From Verrucomicrobiota bacterium (lineage in GTDB: Bacteria; Verrucomicrobiota; Verrucomicrobiia; Limisphaerales; UBA11358), in assembly GCA_049523455.1 (NCBI GenBank), contig JBEKMW010000006.1, positions 5,731 through 69,730 of the forward strand: a stretch of 64,000 bases of DNA, written 5' to 3'. The notes under the pieces are model-generated. The model did not search any database and had not been told where the DNA came from. It saw only the letters and a list, made by a program, of their open reading frames with translations. Shown here piece after piece: positions 8,704 to 16,619 of this stretch (position 1 is its first letter; every line of letters begins with the position of its first letter). The position numbers were made by a program, and so were the translations under genes.

Positions 8704-9924
8704 GTGGTCGTGAACCCTAAAACCTTCATGCTCATCGCCGGCGAGGCCAGCGGAGACTTGCTCGCGGCCGAGCTGGTTTCCGCCTTGCGTGCGCAAGCTT
8801 CCCGCGGCGATCCTACCTCCGCGCCGCGCTTCTTCGGCGCCGGCGGCCCGAAAATGGCCGCGGCCGGCGTCGAACTGGCCCTCGATCTGACGCAACACTC
8901 CGTCGTCGGCATTTCGGACGTGCTCAAAAATTACCTTAAGTTCCGGGGGTTGTTCAACCAACTGCTCGCCCTGGCCATTGAACGCAAACCGGACGTCCTC
9001 ATCGGCGTGGACTTCGGCGGCTTCAACCTGCGCTTCGGCCACGCGGTCAGAAATTACGTCCGCGGCAATCCGTTCTCCAATTGGAATCCGAAAATCGTCC
9101 AATTCGTGTCCCCCCAGGTTTGGGCGTCGCGCCCGGGCCGGGCGGACCGGCTGGCGGCGGATTACGATTTGGTTTTAAGCATTTTCCCCTTCGAGAAAGA
9201 CTGGTACGCGCAGCGCACGCCAAATCTCCGCGTGGAATTTGTCGGTCACCCGATGCTGGACCGTTTTGCGAACGACGAAGCACAATTATCGCCCCGCCCG
9301 CCGGAAGCCGCGTCAATCGTAGATCGCAAATCGCAAATCCTCCTGCTGCCCGGCAGCCGGACGAGCGAATTGAAAAAGCACCTGCCCGTGATGTTCGGGG
9401 CCTTGGAGCTGGTGCGGGCAAAATTGCCCGGCGCGACGGCCAAAATGATTTTGCCCGATGAGGCGTTGAAGAAACTCGCGGTTGATCTGTCCGCGCCGCC
9501 GGTCGGCGTGGAAATCCAAATCGGCGGCTTGCCGGAAGCATTGGCGCAGGCCGGCCTGGCCATCGCCTCGACGGGCACGGTGACCATGGAGTGCGCCCTT
9601 TTCGGCGTGCCGGCGGTGACCCTCTACAAAACCTCGTGGTTCAACTTCGAAATCGCCAAACGCCTGGTGACCGTCAAATGGGCGACCATGCCGAACATTC
9701 TCGCCAACGAAGAGGTGTACCCGGAATTCATCCAAAACGCCGCCACGGCGGAAAATCTGGCGCGAGCGGCGCTGGACCTCCTGCAAAACCAACCGCGCCG
9801 GGAGAAAATCCAGACCCAACTTGCCACCATTGTTTCGTCGCTTGGCGGTGGCGGCGCGTGCCGGCGCGCGGCCTCGGCGATAGCGAATCTTTTTGCCGCT
9901 CCGCCCGCGGCTACAACAACTTGA
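8704..9924 (+). CDS. lpxB: lipid-A-disaccharide synthase
   Basis: LIAGEASGDLLAAELVSAL is the LpxB signature, and the length of about 400 aa fits. The GTG start at 8704 is assumed. Confidence 0.9.
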   Translation: MVVNPKTFMLIAGEASGDLLAAELVSALRAQASRGDPTSAPRFFGAGGPKMAAAGVELALDLTQHSVVGISDVLKNYLKFRGLFNQLLALAIERKPDVLIGVDFGGFNLRFGHAVRNYVRGNPFSNWNPKIVQFVSPQVWASRPGRADRLAADYDLVLSIFPFEKDWYAQRTPNLRVEFVGHPMLDRFANDEAQLSPRPPEAASIVDRKSQILLLPGSRTSELKKHLPVMFGALELVRAKLPGATAKMILPDEALKKLAVDLSAPPVGVEIQIGGLPEALAQAGLAIASTGTVTMECALFGVPAVTLYKTSWFNFEIAKRLVTVKWATMPNILANEEVYPEFIQNAATAENLARAALDLLQNQPRREKIQTQLATIVSSLGGGGACRRAASAIANLFAAPPAATTT

Positions 9925-10060
9925 CAAAAATCCAGTTGATCAGGAAAAACAGCCGGTCACCGTGTGTAAACAACATCAGGGGCGCGGACATAAACGAGGC
10001 TGGATGGTGCCATGCGGCGCAACGCCGGGCAATGAGTTTGGCAATGTCCCAAATCCTCGC

Positions 10061-10275
10061 CTGAAAAATTATTTAAACCGCGAAATACGGCAAAAACGCG
10101 AACAACGCTAAAGGGAAGCACGAATACCGGGATTCTCCACCCGGATTTTCAGGAAGAATGTTCGTGTATTTCGCGTGGTTCGCGGTTCTCTCCGTTTCCT
10201 ATATCGGCGCGGTTTTTGACCCTCCCTGTTTTCCTCGTCTCCATGGTCGGCGGTCTCAGTAAGACGGGGATTTGG
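10061..10275 (-). repeat. MITE-like repeat family, composite copy A (a short element plus a partial internal module)
   Basis: The reverse complement carries AACCGCGAACCACGCGAAATACACGAACATTCTTCCTGAAAATCC...GTATTTCGCGGTTTAAATAATTTTT plus the module CCCAAATCCCCG...GAGACGAGGAAAACAGGGAGGGTCAAAA. All of these match copies B-D. Confidence 0.75.
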
Positions 10276-10400
10276 GTCACGGCAAGTTCATTTTGCTGCC
10301 CCCATTTTTCTGCCTTCGTCTGTTGTCATTTCGTCAGGGATATTCAGGCAGAAACATTTCAGCATTTCAGCGTTTTAGCGTTTTAGCGTTTCGGCGCCCC

Positions 10401-12005
10401 TTATTGGGGGAACGCCGGCCGGGGTTGGGGTGCCGGCAGCGCGTCCTGTGGCTGGAAGCGTTGCGGCCGGAAGACCGGTTGGCGGAAGGGGACGGCTTCC
10501 CGAGCCGGCTGGCAGACGCCGCCATTGAAGCTGACGCTGAGGCCAATCAGGCTGGCAAATTTCATCAAGTCAGTATAGATGGCGCCGCCAATGATAAAGA
10601 GCACGAAGGACATGGCGAAATACGCGAAAAGGAAGCAATTGACGGTTCGCAGCGCGGGGTCGCCATGGCGCAGATTCAAATACATCACCCGCGAACCGGC
10701 AACCATAAACCACAGGAAAGCAATGGCGCCCCAGATGCCAAAGGGAATGAGCACCGAGAGCGGTCCATTGTGGTAATCGTAGGAAAGCGCAAGGGAATTT
10801 TGGGCGGGATCAAATCTGCCCTCGGCGGTGGCCATGGCCGCATCCATTCCCATCATGGAATTGAAGTCCTCGGGGTGGATGGCCAGGCCCTTGCCCAGCA
10901 GCAGGTATTGCGGAACCTGTTTCGACAGGGAGGTCCACATTTGTATTCGCCAGTCAACGCTGGCTTGCGCGGAATCCCGGGCATCTGTGCTCAAATTCAA
11001 ACCGGGAATGAAGGCGATGGTCCTTTGGGCGGTAAAAGGAAGTTTGGATGCCAACGGAAAGAGAGCCGTAAAGCCGAACACCCCCAGGAAAGCGAAGATG
11101 GGCAGCAACTTGGTGCGGTGCAGTCCTTCCAAAAAGAACTGGAGCACGAAGACGATGGCAACGCTCGCAATTCCGGCGCGATAGCCGCCCAGAAAAATCG
11201 CGGCCACAGCCAGAAGAAACAGAGGCAGCCGCCACAGTTTGCCTTCGAGGAAAACCCCGCGGATGCCATATACGGCCAGGAGCAAAAGTGCCAGCGCGCT
11301 GCCGCTGCCGGCAAACCCCGCCAGCCGTGTTTCGCCAAATTGGACGTTGCCGCCACTATAAAAAACATTCGCGTCCGGCGGGAAAACCCAGAAGATGAAC
11401 CGCGTCCAGGACGGCATGTAGGGATAGAGATCGCCAATAAAAGTGAGCAGTCCGCTGAAAAAATAGAGGCCCAGGTATAATCTGGCGTATTTCAGCGGGA
11501 CGCGCCGGGATATCAGGGCAAAATAGACCACGATGCCGGCGAACATCATCACGTACTTTTTCCCGCCGTACACCTCCGACCCAAGGGCGCGCAGTCCAAT
11601 ACCACCCGTGAGCTCGGCCGTCAGCAACACCAGGGCCCCAATGCACACCAACGGCCAGGTGACCTGCGGCACGCGGAGGAAATGCCTTTCGCTGTTCAGG
11701 GCCCGCTCGGTGACGGCTATGGCCAGGCTTAGCACGGCGATCGCCAGCCACAACGGCGGGTCGCCTTTCAGGAAAAAGAGATAAAAACCCATCTGCAGGC
11801 TCAAGACCAGCAAGGCATGATGCCAGCGTATCAGGATGGGAGACACCAGTATGAGTATCAACAGCCCGACCATGATCATGGCCGACGTGTCGTAGCCCAG
11901 CAGTTGCAAGGGGTCGGTGAGCAAATAACCCACCACGATGGACAGGGTTATGCACACCGCGTAAACGATGAGCGACTTCAGGAAGGCCGGGGCGTTACTG
12001 GTCAT
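10401..12005 (-). CDS. O-antigen ligase / polymerase family (Wzy_C-type) membrane protein
   Basis: 534 aa and polytopic. YDYHNGPLSVLIPFGIWG resembles the H-N-x-x-L...G-I-x-G motif of WaaL/Wzy_C proteins. The C-terminal tail is Pro/Gln-rich. Confidence 0.65.
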   Translation of the reverse strand: MTSNAPAFLKSLIVYAVCITLSIVVGYLLTDPLQLLGYDTSAMIMVGLLILILVSPILIRWHHALLVLSLQMGFYLFFLKGDPPLWLAIAVLSLAIAVTERALNSERHFLRVPQVTWPLVCIGALVLLTAELTGGIGLRALGSEVYGGKKYVMMFAGIVVYFALISRRVPLKYARLYLGLYFFSGLLTFIGDLYPYMPSWTRFIFWVFPPDANVFYSGGNVQFGETRLAGFAGSGSALALLLLAVYGIRGVFLEGKLWRLPLFLLAVAAIFLGGYRAGIASVAIVFVLQFFLEGLHRTKLLPIFAFLGVFGFTALFPLASKLPFTAQRTIAFIPGLNLSTDARDSAQASVDWRIQMWTSLSKQVPQYLLLGKGLAIHPEDFNSMMGMDAAMATAEGRFDPAQNSLALSYDYHNGPLSVLIPFGIWGAIAFLWFMVAGSRVMYLNLRHGDPALRTVNCFLFAYFAMSFVLFIIGGAIYTDLMKFASLIGLSVSFNGGVCQPAREAVPFRQPVFRPQRFQPQDALPAPQPRPAFPQ

Positions 12006-12155
12006 TCTCTTATCTTCTCAATCATCATGGCCGGTTTTAACACTATATCAGTCGGTCTTTCTTGTTCCGACTGGCGGCAACCGGCCACTTCGCCAATGCC
12101 AGTCTCGTTGCTACCACAAGGATGGGGGAAATGCAAGAATGAAGTTGCCTGGAAG

Positions 12156-13064
12156 CTATTTTTTGAAATTGAAATTGTCACGGTTGCCTTCAAAATTCAC
12201 ATACGGATTGAACAGCGCCCGTTTGTTGTCGCGGATGGTGATCTGGCAACGCGACGGATGGTCCAGGACATGGAGAAAAAACATTTGCTTGACCCAGCGC
12301 GCCTTTCTGAAAATCCGGCTGTTCTCAAGAAACGCGTGGTGTTCGATTTTTCGCAACGGATTTTCCGCGTTGAATTCATTTACCGCCAACAGTTCACCGC
12401 AGTAGTTGTTGTGTGGATCCAGGGCGATGTCGTCCAAAAAGACCAGCGTGATGGGCAGATATTTTCGCGGACTGGCGTCCCGAAGGATTTTCAGCGCATC
12501 GCGCATTGAAAAATAATAATCCAGGTCGAACACCACATAGCCGATCGGTTCGTCCGGCGGCAGCCGGGAGATGAATCCGGCAACGGTGCCGGCCACTTCG
12601 CCGATGATCAATTGAACATTTGCGGGCAGGACCTTTTTCAAGGCGTCGCGGTTCATCACATAATCGCCCTGTTGGTAGAGGTCCGGGTGATCGCGATAAT
12701 CCCTGGCCGGCGGCATTCCCTGGCCCGAATCAAAGCCGTACAACTTGAAGCCCACACCGGTAACGCGAGTCACCCGGCTGGCAATTCGAGCCATGTTCAG
12801 CAATCCAGTGCCGCTGGCGACGCCGAATTCGATCAACGACACGGTGCCTATGCCTTCCTGCCGGGCAAAATCCGCGGCTTTGAGGATGCCATAAGCATTG
12901 TTCTGGCGCACGACCAGATCATAAGCGACTTTGGCCCGGTATGAGCCGAACATCCACACGAACAATGAAAAAAAGTTCAAATGGAGTGGTTCGGTCAGCC
13001 TTTCGTTGAAAATTCGAGACCAGATTCTCCGCTGGGCAAGCCTTCTGAATAGAAAAGGTTTCAT
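12156..13064 (-). CDS. putative class I SAM-dependent methyltransferase (distant TylF-like), uncertain
   Basis: 302 aa. LIEFGVASGTG looks like SAM motif I, and VVFDLDYYFS resembles the IDCDLY motif of the TylF-family gene at 25067-25780. GC content is visibly lower than in the flanks. Confidence 0.4.
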   Translation of the reverse strand: MKPFLFRRLAQRRIWSRIFNERLTEPLHLNFFSLFVWMFGSYRAKVAYDLVVRQNNAYGILKAADFARQEGIGTVSLIEFGVASGTGLLNMARIASRVTRVTGVGFKLYGFDSGQGMPPARDYRDHPDLYQQGDYVMNRDALKKVLPANVQLIIGEVAGTVAGFISRLPPDEPIGYVVFDLDYYFSMRDALKILRDASPRKYLPITLVFLDDIALDPHNNYCGELLAVNEFNAENPLRKIEHHAFLENSRIFRKARWVKQMFFLHVLDHPSRCQITIRDNKRALFNPYVNFEGNRDNFNFKK

Positions 13065-13109
13065 TCGACATTAAGAATGCCGGATTTTCTCCCCGCTCCG
13101 TGCATTTGC

Positions 13110-13331
13110 AAGTCAATTTTCCCATCCCCGGAAGGGCTAACAGCCCGTCGAAAAAGCAGGAGACGAGGAAAACAGGGATGGTCAAAATCAGAAATACCGG
13201 ATTTAACCGCAAAGAACACAGAGAACACAAAGAATTGTTTGGGTCCCTCTCTGCGATCTTTGCGTTCTTTGCGGTTAAAATCTTCAGCTTTGGTTTCGCA
13301 TATTTCGCATATTTCGCGGTTTAAATAATTT
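13110..13331 (+). repeat. MITE-like repeat family, copy B (right half)
   Basis: GAGACGAGGAAAACAGGGATGGTCAAAATCAGAAATACCGGATTTAACCGCAAAGAACACAGAGAACACAAAG...CTCTGCGATCTTTGCGTTCTTTGCGGTT...TTTCGCGGTTTAAATAATTTT. It is nearly identical to 16375-16553 and abuts the stop codon of the GT4 gene. Confidence 0.8.
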
Positions 13332-14468
13332 TCAGGCGAGCACTTCGCGATAAATGTCCAATTGCTGGCGCATATAAACCTTGGGATGATAGCGCTCGTT
13401 TGCCACGGTCGCCGCAGCGGGGCTGGCCGGGTGGCCGGCCTGTATCCAGCGGCTGATGGCCCCGGTCAACCCGGTCCAATCTTCCGTTTCAAACAGCTCG
13501 GCTCCAGGCATGTTCGCGGCGATTTCGGCGACGCCGCCGCTGCGCGCGCCAAAGAACTTCAAACCGCGGGCAAATCCCTCGGCCACGACGCTGCCAAACG
13601 CCTCCTCGGTGGGAAAATGAATCATGCCGGAAACCCGGTCAAAGGCCTGGACCATTCCCGCGTGAGTCGGGAAGCCGAGATACCGGGCCCATCCCGCAGT
13701 TTCCATGGGTTTGATCCGTTGCAGGAATTCGCGGGCGTACGCTTGCCCGGGCGCCAGCCCCACGAACCGGAATTCGCATTTCAAACCGCGGCGGTGGAGC
13801 GTCTCGGCGACGTTCAGCAATTCCAATTGCCGTTTTCGGGGGCTGATGACGCCGGCAATGATGAGGGCGCAATCCCGGGGCCCCACACCGGTGGGCGGCT
13901 GGAAAAAAAGGCCGCGCAGGCCCGGGTAAACCAACCAGCTCCGTTTGGCGCGGGAACGGACCAGCCTCTGGGTGTAGAGGGAATTGCAGATGACCCCATC
14001 GGTGCGCGGCAGGATGAAGTTTTCCAGCCGGGCGGCGAGCCAGGCAAAGCTGCCGATGCGCGCCCGGTCCAGCCGGGCCAATTCCGCCATGTTGCCCGCG
14101 ATGGCCACGACGTTCGGAAACCCGGAAAACACCGCCGTGATGGCGCCTTCGCGTTCCGTGCCGACGCCGTGCACGATGTCCGGCTGGATTTCGCGCATTT
14201 TTGTCCGCACCGCGCGGATGCAACCCCGGTACAACGTCCGCATCCATCCCAGCTTCGGTACGTGCAGGCAGTGAAACCACACGTTCTCCGCCAATTTGGC
14301 CGGGGACTGCATGGGTTTTTGTGTGCACGAGAGCACGTGCAGTTCCAGTTCCGGCATGGAAGACACCGCCTCAATCATCGAATCCACCCCCGTCCCGAAC
14401 CGGGGCTGCGTTTCGTGGTAGGTGCGTTCATTCTGGCGGCTGTCAATTGAGATCAATGCAATTTTCAT
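13332..14468 (-). CDS. glycosyltransferase family 4
   Basis: ORF 13332..14534; the likely start is MKIALISIDS (ATG at 14468). The C-terminal half has a GT4 motif, PTEEAFGSVVAEGFARGLKFFGARSGGVAEI. Confidence 0.8.
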   Translation of the reverse strand: MKIALISIDSRQNERTYHETQPRFGTGVDSMIEAVSSMPELELHVLSCTQKPMQSPAKLAENVWFHCLHVPKLGWMRTLYRGCIRAVRTKMREIQPDIVHGVGTEREGAITAVFSGFPNVVAIAGNMAELARLDRARIGSFAWLAARLENFILPRTDGVICNSLYTQRLVRSRAKRSWLVYPGLRGLFFQPPTGVGPRDCALIIAGVISPRKRQLELLNVAETLHRRGLKCEFRFVGLAPGQAYAREFLQRIKPMETAGWARYLGFPTHAGMVQAFDRVSGMIHFPTEEAFGSVVAEGFARGLKFFGARSGGVAEIAANMPGAELFETEDWTGLTGAISRWIQAGHPASPAAATVANERYHPKVYMRQQLDIYREVLA

Positions 14469-14606
14469 CCGGATGCCGGTCAACATAAAACCTCCTGAAA
14501 GGCTTGAAAATGGAAAACGGTTTGGCCGGGCCATCTTTTTGGGCGAGGCATTGGCAGTGTCCTAAATTCAGGAGCGCGGCTCTATGAGCCGCAGCACATC
14601 CCCATG

Positions 14607-14668
14607 GAATCCAAGCCGCTGCGGATCGCAGACCCGCGCTCCGAAAACAAATCGGGACACTGCCGGAG
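14607..14668 (+). repeat. uninterrupted copy of the dispersed palindromic repeat that hosts the group II intron at 58000/59877
   Basis: GCTGCGGATCGCAGACCCGCGCTC|CGAAAACAAATCGGGACACTGCCGGAGCG aligns with the 5' flank (57976-58000) and the 3' flank (59877-59903) of the intron. Confidence 0.6.
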
Positions 14669-14756
14669 CGCTGGAAAGCTGGACAATTGGGAAACGGTCA
14701 ATACCATTTCCCGGGCTCCAGTTTCGTGGCGATCGGAGCCCTAAATCCGCCGCGAT

Positions 14757-15032
14757 ATGCCGAACAATCTAAAAAAACTCGCCCGCAAGGCCGGAGTGCT
14801 ATTGCGCGGGGGTTGGCGTCCGGTGGCCGATCGCCGGCGGTTGCAAAAATCAGAGGATGGCCCAATGGACCCGGAGGCAATCAAGAAAGCGGGCTACCAT
14901 GGCCAATACGGCCAGGACCAATGGGTAGTGGAGAACATCTACTTCGGAGATCTGCTGCCGGAATTTCTTTACCAGCAGGGGTACCGCCTGGCAAAAATCC
15001 TGCGCAGTGACAAGATTTACGTGCGCGCGTGA
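14757..15032 (+). pseudogene. FkbM-type methyltransferase remnant: a mini-ORF that looks like an in-frame internal deletion
   Basis: 91 aa. GQYGQDQWVVENIYFG resembles the N-terminal SQxGEDxW motif of LPS-cluster FkbM-type methyltransferases. It is joined directly to a C-terminal-like QQGYRLAKILRSDKIYVRA, and the whole Rossmann core is missing. Its stop overlaps the next gene's GTG as GTGA. Confidence 0.35.
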
Positions 15033-16240
15033 ACGACGTTTTGTCCAAGCCCGTGCCGCCGCTGCATTCCGGGATTCTTCTGGTCAGCCCGGCCGCCCAC
15101 TATCCAGCGCACAATTGGTCCAACACCGTGGCGCTGATGCGCGCTTTGGGGCGGAAGGGGCAAAACGTCCGAACGGTGATTTTCAGCACCGGCACCGAGA
15201 CGATTCCGCCGGAGCTAACGGACCGGGTTGACCCGGTCTTTTCCCGCCTGCCGCCGGGGTGGAAGAAGGTGGCGGCGGGCAAATGGCAGGAGCGGCGCTT
15301 TGGCGCGTTGATGAACCTCTGCGAAACGGTGGCCTGCCTGTTCAAGGCGGCATCAATAGCGAAACGCACGAGGCGCGATGCCGAAACCAGGGCCGTGCTG
15401 CACTTCATCGGCGGCTCTTATTGGGTGGTGGTGCTGGCCGTGTTCCCTTTCCGGCGCATCCGCTTCGTCTATTCCCTGTACGGCGGCATGTTGTCGGGCC
15501 CGGCCGCGGGATGGAAGGCCCGGCTCCGGCGGCAGCTTGGAAAATTGCTGCGGCGCGCGGTGGACACCGGCCGCCTGGATTTCACGTGCGAGAATGAATT
15601 CCTGCGCGACCAACTCGCGCCCCTGGTGGGAACACACATTCATGTGATTCCTTATGCGGTGGACGAGGACGAACCGTTGCCTTCGCGGGAGGAAGCGCGC
15701 CGCCGGCTGGATTTGCCGCCGGACGAAAAAATCGTCCTGTTCTTTGGAACTCACCGTCGGGAAAAAGACTATCGCACGGCATTGAACGGCTGCGGGAAGC
15801 TGCCGGGTCCGCCCCTGGCGCTGTTTGTGGGCAAGGTGATTTCGTCCAACGACCCGCGGGAGGTGATTGCGGAGTGCCGCTACCCCAAAGCGCGTGTGGT
15901 GGATGAATTCGTGCCGGAGGAAATGACAAAATATTACTTTGCCGCCGCCGACGTGGTCGCTTTGCCCTACGAGGCAAATTTCTCGCGCGGTTCGGGGGTG
16001 TTGATTGAGTGCTGCCGGCATCTGCGTCCGATGATCGCCTCGGCCACGCCGTATTTTTCGGCTTTTCTGGCCCGATACCCCTGCGGGGTTACGTATGTTC
16101 CGGGTGACAGCGCGTCGTTTGCCGATGCCATGCGGCGGATGCTGGCGGATCGCCTGGATTTTCGCGCGGAACTGGAACGGGCGCGGCACGACCATTCGTG
16201 GAAGGCGGCAGCGGAGCGATATCTTGAATTATATTCTTGA
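15029..16240 (+). CDS. glycosyltransferase (GT1/GT4-like, GT-B fold)
   Basis: 403 aa. The C-terminal half (VLFFGTHRREKDY...VVALPYEANFSRGSGVLIECCRHLRPMIAS) resembles the EX7E region of GT-B enzymes. Confidence 0.65.
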   Translation: MNDVLSKPVPPLHSGILLVSPAAHYPAHNWSNTVALMRALGRKGQNVRTVIFSTGTETIPPELTDRVDPVFSRLPPGWKKVAAGKWQERRFGALMNLCETVACLFKAASIAKRTRRDAETRAVLHFIGGSYWVVVLAVFPFRRIRFVYSLYGGMLSGPAAGWKARLRRQLGKLLRRAVDTGRLDFTCENEFLRDQLAPLVGTHIHVIPYAVDEDEPLPSREEARRRLDLPPDEKIVLFFGTHRREKDYRTALNGCGKLPGPPLALFVGKVISSNDPREVIAECRYPKARVVDEFVPEEMTKYYFAAADVVALPYEANFSRGSGVLIECCRHLRPMIASATPYFSAFLARYPCGVTYVPGDSASFADAMRRMLADRLDFRAELERARHDHSWKAAAERYLELYS

Positions 16241-16250
16241 GTTATATTTC

Positions 16251-16553
16251 TGTGCCATGCCACCGTCTGAAAACAAATTAACCGCGAACCACACGAACTA
16301 CACGAACATTCTTCCTGAAAACCCAGTCGAAATTCGATGCGGCCCCAAATCCCCGCCTTACAGCGACCGGCGACGACTGAGACAAGAAATACAGGGATGG
16401 TCAAAATCAGAAATACCGGATTTAACCTCAAAGAACGCAGAGAACACAAAGAATTGTTTGGGTGCCTCTCTGCGATCTTTGTGTTCTTTGCGGTCAAATT
16501 CTTCAGCTTTTCTTTCGCGTATTCTGCGTATTTCGCGGTTTAAATAATTTTTT
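16251..16553 (+). repeat. MITE-like repeat family, copy C (the most complete, about 303 bp)
   Basis: The left end is TGTGCCATGCC...AAATTAACCGCGAACCAC and the right end is GTATTTCGCGGTTTAAATAATTTTTT, forming terminal inverted repeats around CCGCGAA. An internal hairpin of about 28 bp is AACCTCAAAGAACGCAGAGAACACAAAG / CTCTGCGATCTTTGTGTTCTTTGCGGTC. Confidence 0.8.
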
Positions 16554-16582
16554 ACGCGAGGATTTGGGCTGACCTAAAGGAC

Positions 16583-16610
16583 TTGACTGGGCACAGCAAA
16601 AATTTATAAC
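16583..16610 (+). promoter_or_regulatory. candidate sigma70-type promoter for the GT-C-like membrane protein gene
   Basis: TTGACT (16583-16588), a 16-nt spacer, TATAAC (16605-16610). It ends 9 nt before the TTG start of ORF 16620, which implies a very short leader or a downstream start. Confidence 0.4.
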
Positions 16611-16619
16611 TCCACAAGC

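Noticed and set aside
9925-10060. Short minus-strand ORF ...FMSAPLMLFTHGDRLFFLINWIFVKLL overlapping the lpxB stop
   Set aside because: It has only about 26 codons from an ATG and no motif. It lies next to repeat copy A and is likely fortuitous.
12919-13328. ORFs inside the MITE-like repeats (12919..13230, 13077..13328, 13100..13324, 15967..16497, 16095..16547, 16337..16543, 20265..20495)
   Set aside because: They are created by the repeat sequence itself (for example LCSLRSLRLNPVFLILTIPVFLVS). They occur on both strands, have no start context and vary with module content, so they are treated as non-coding repeats.
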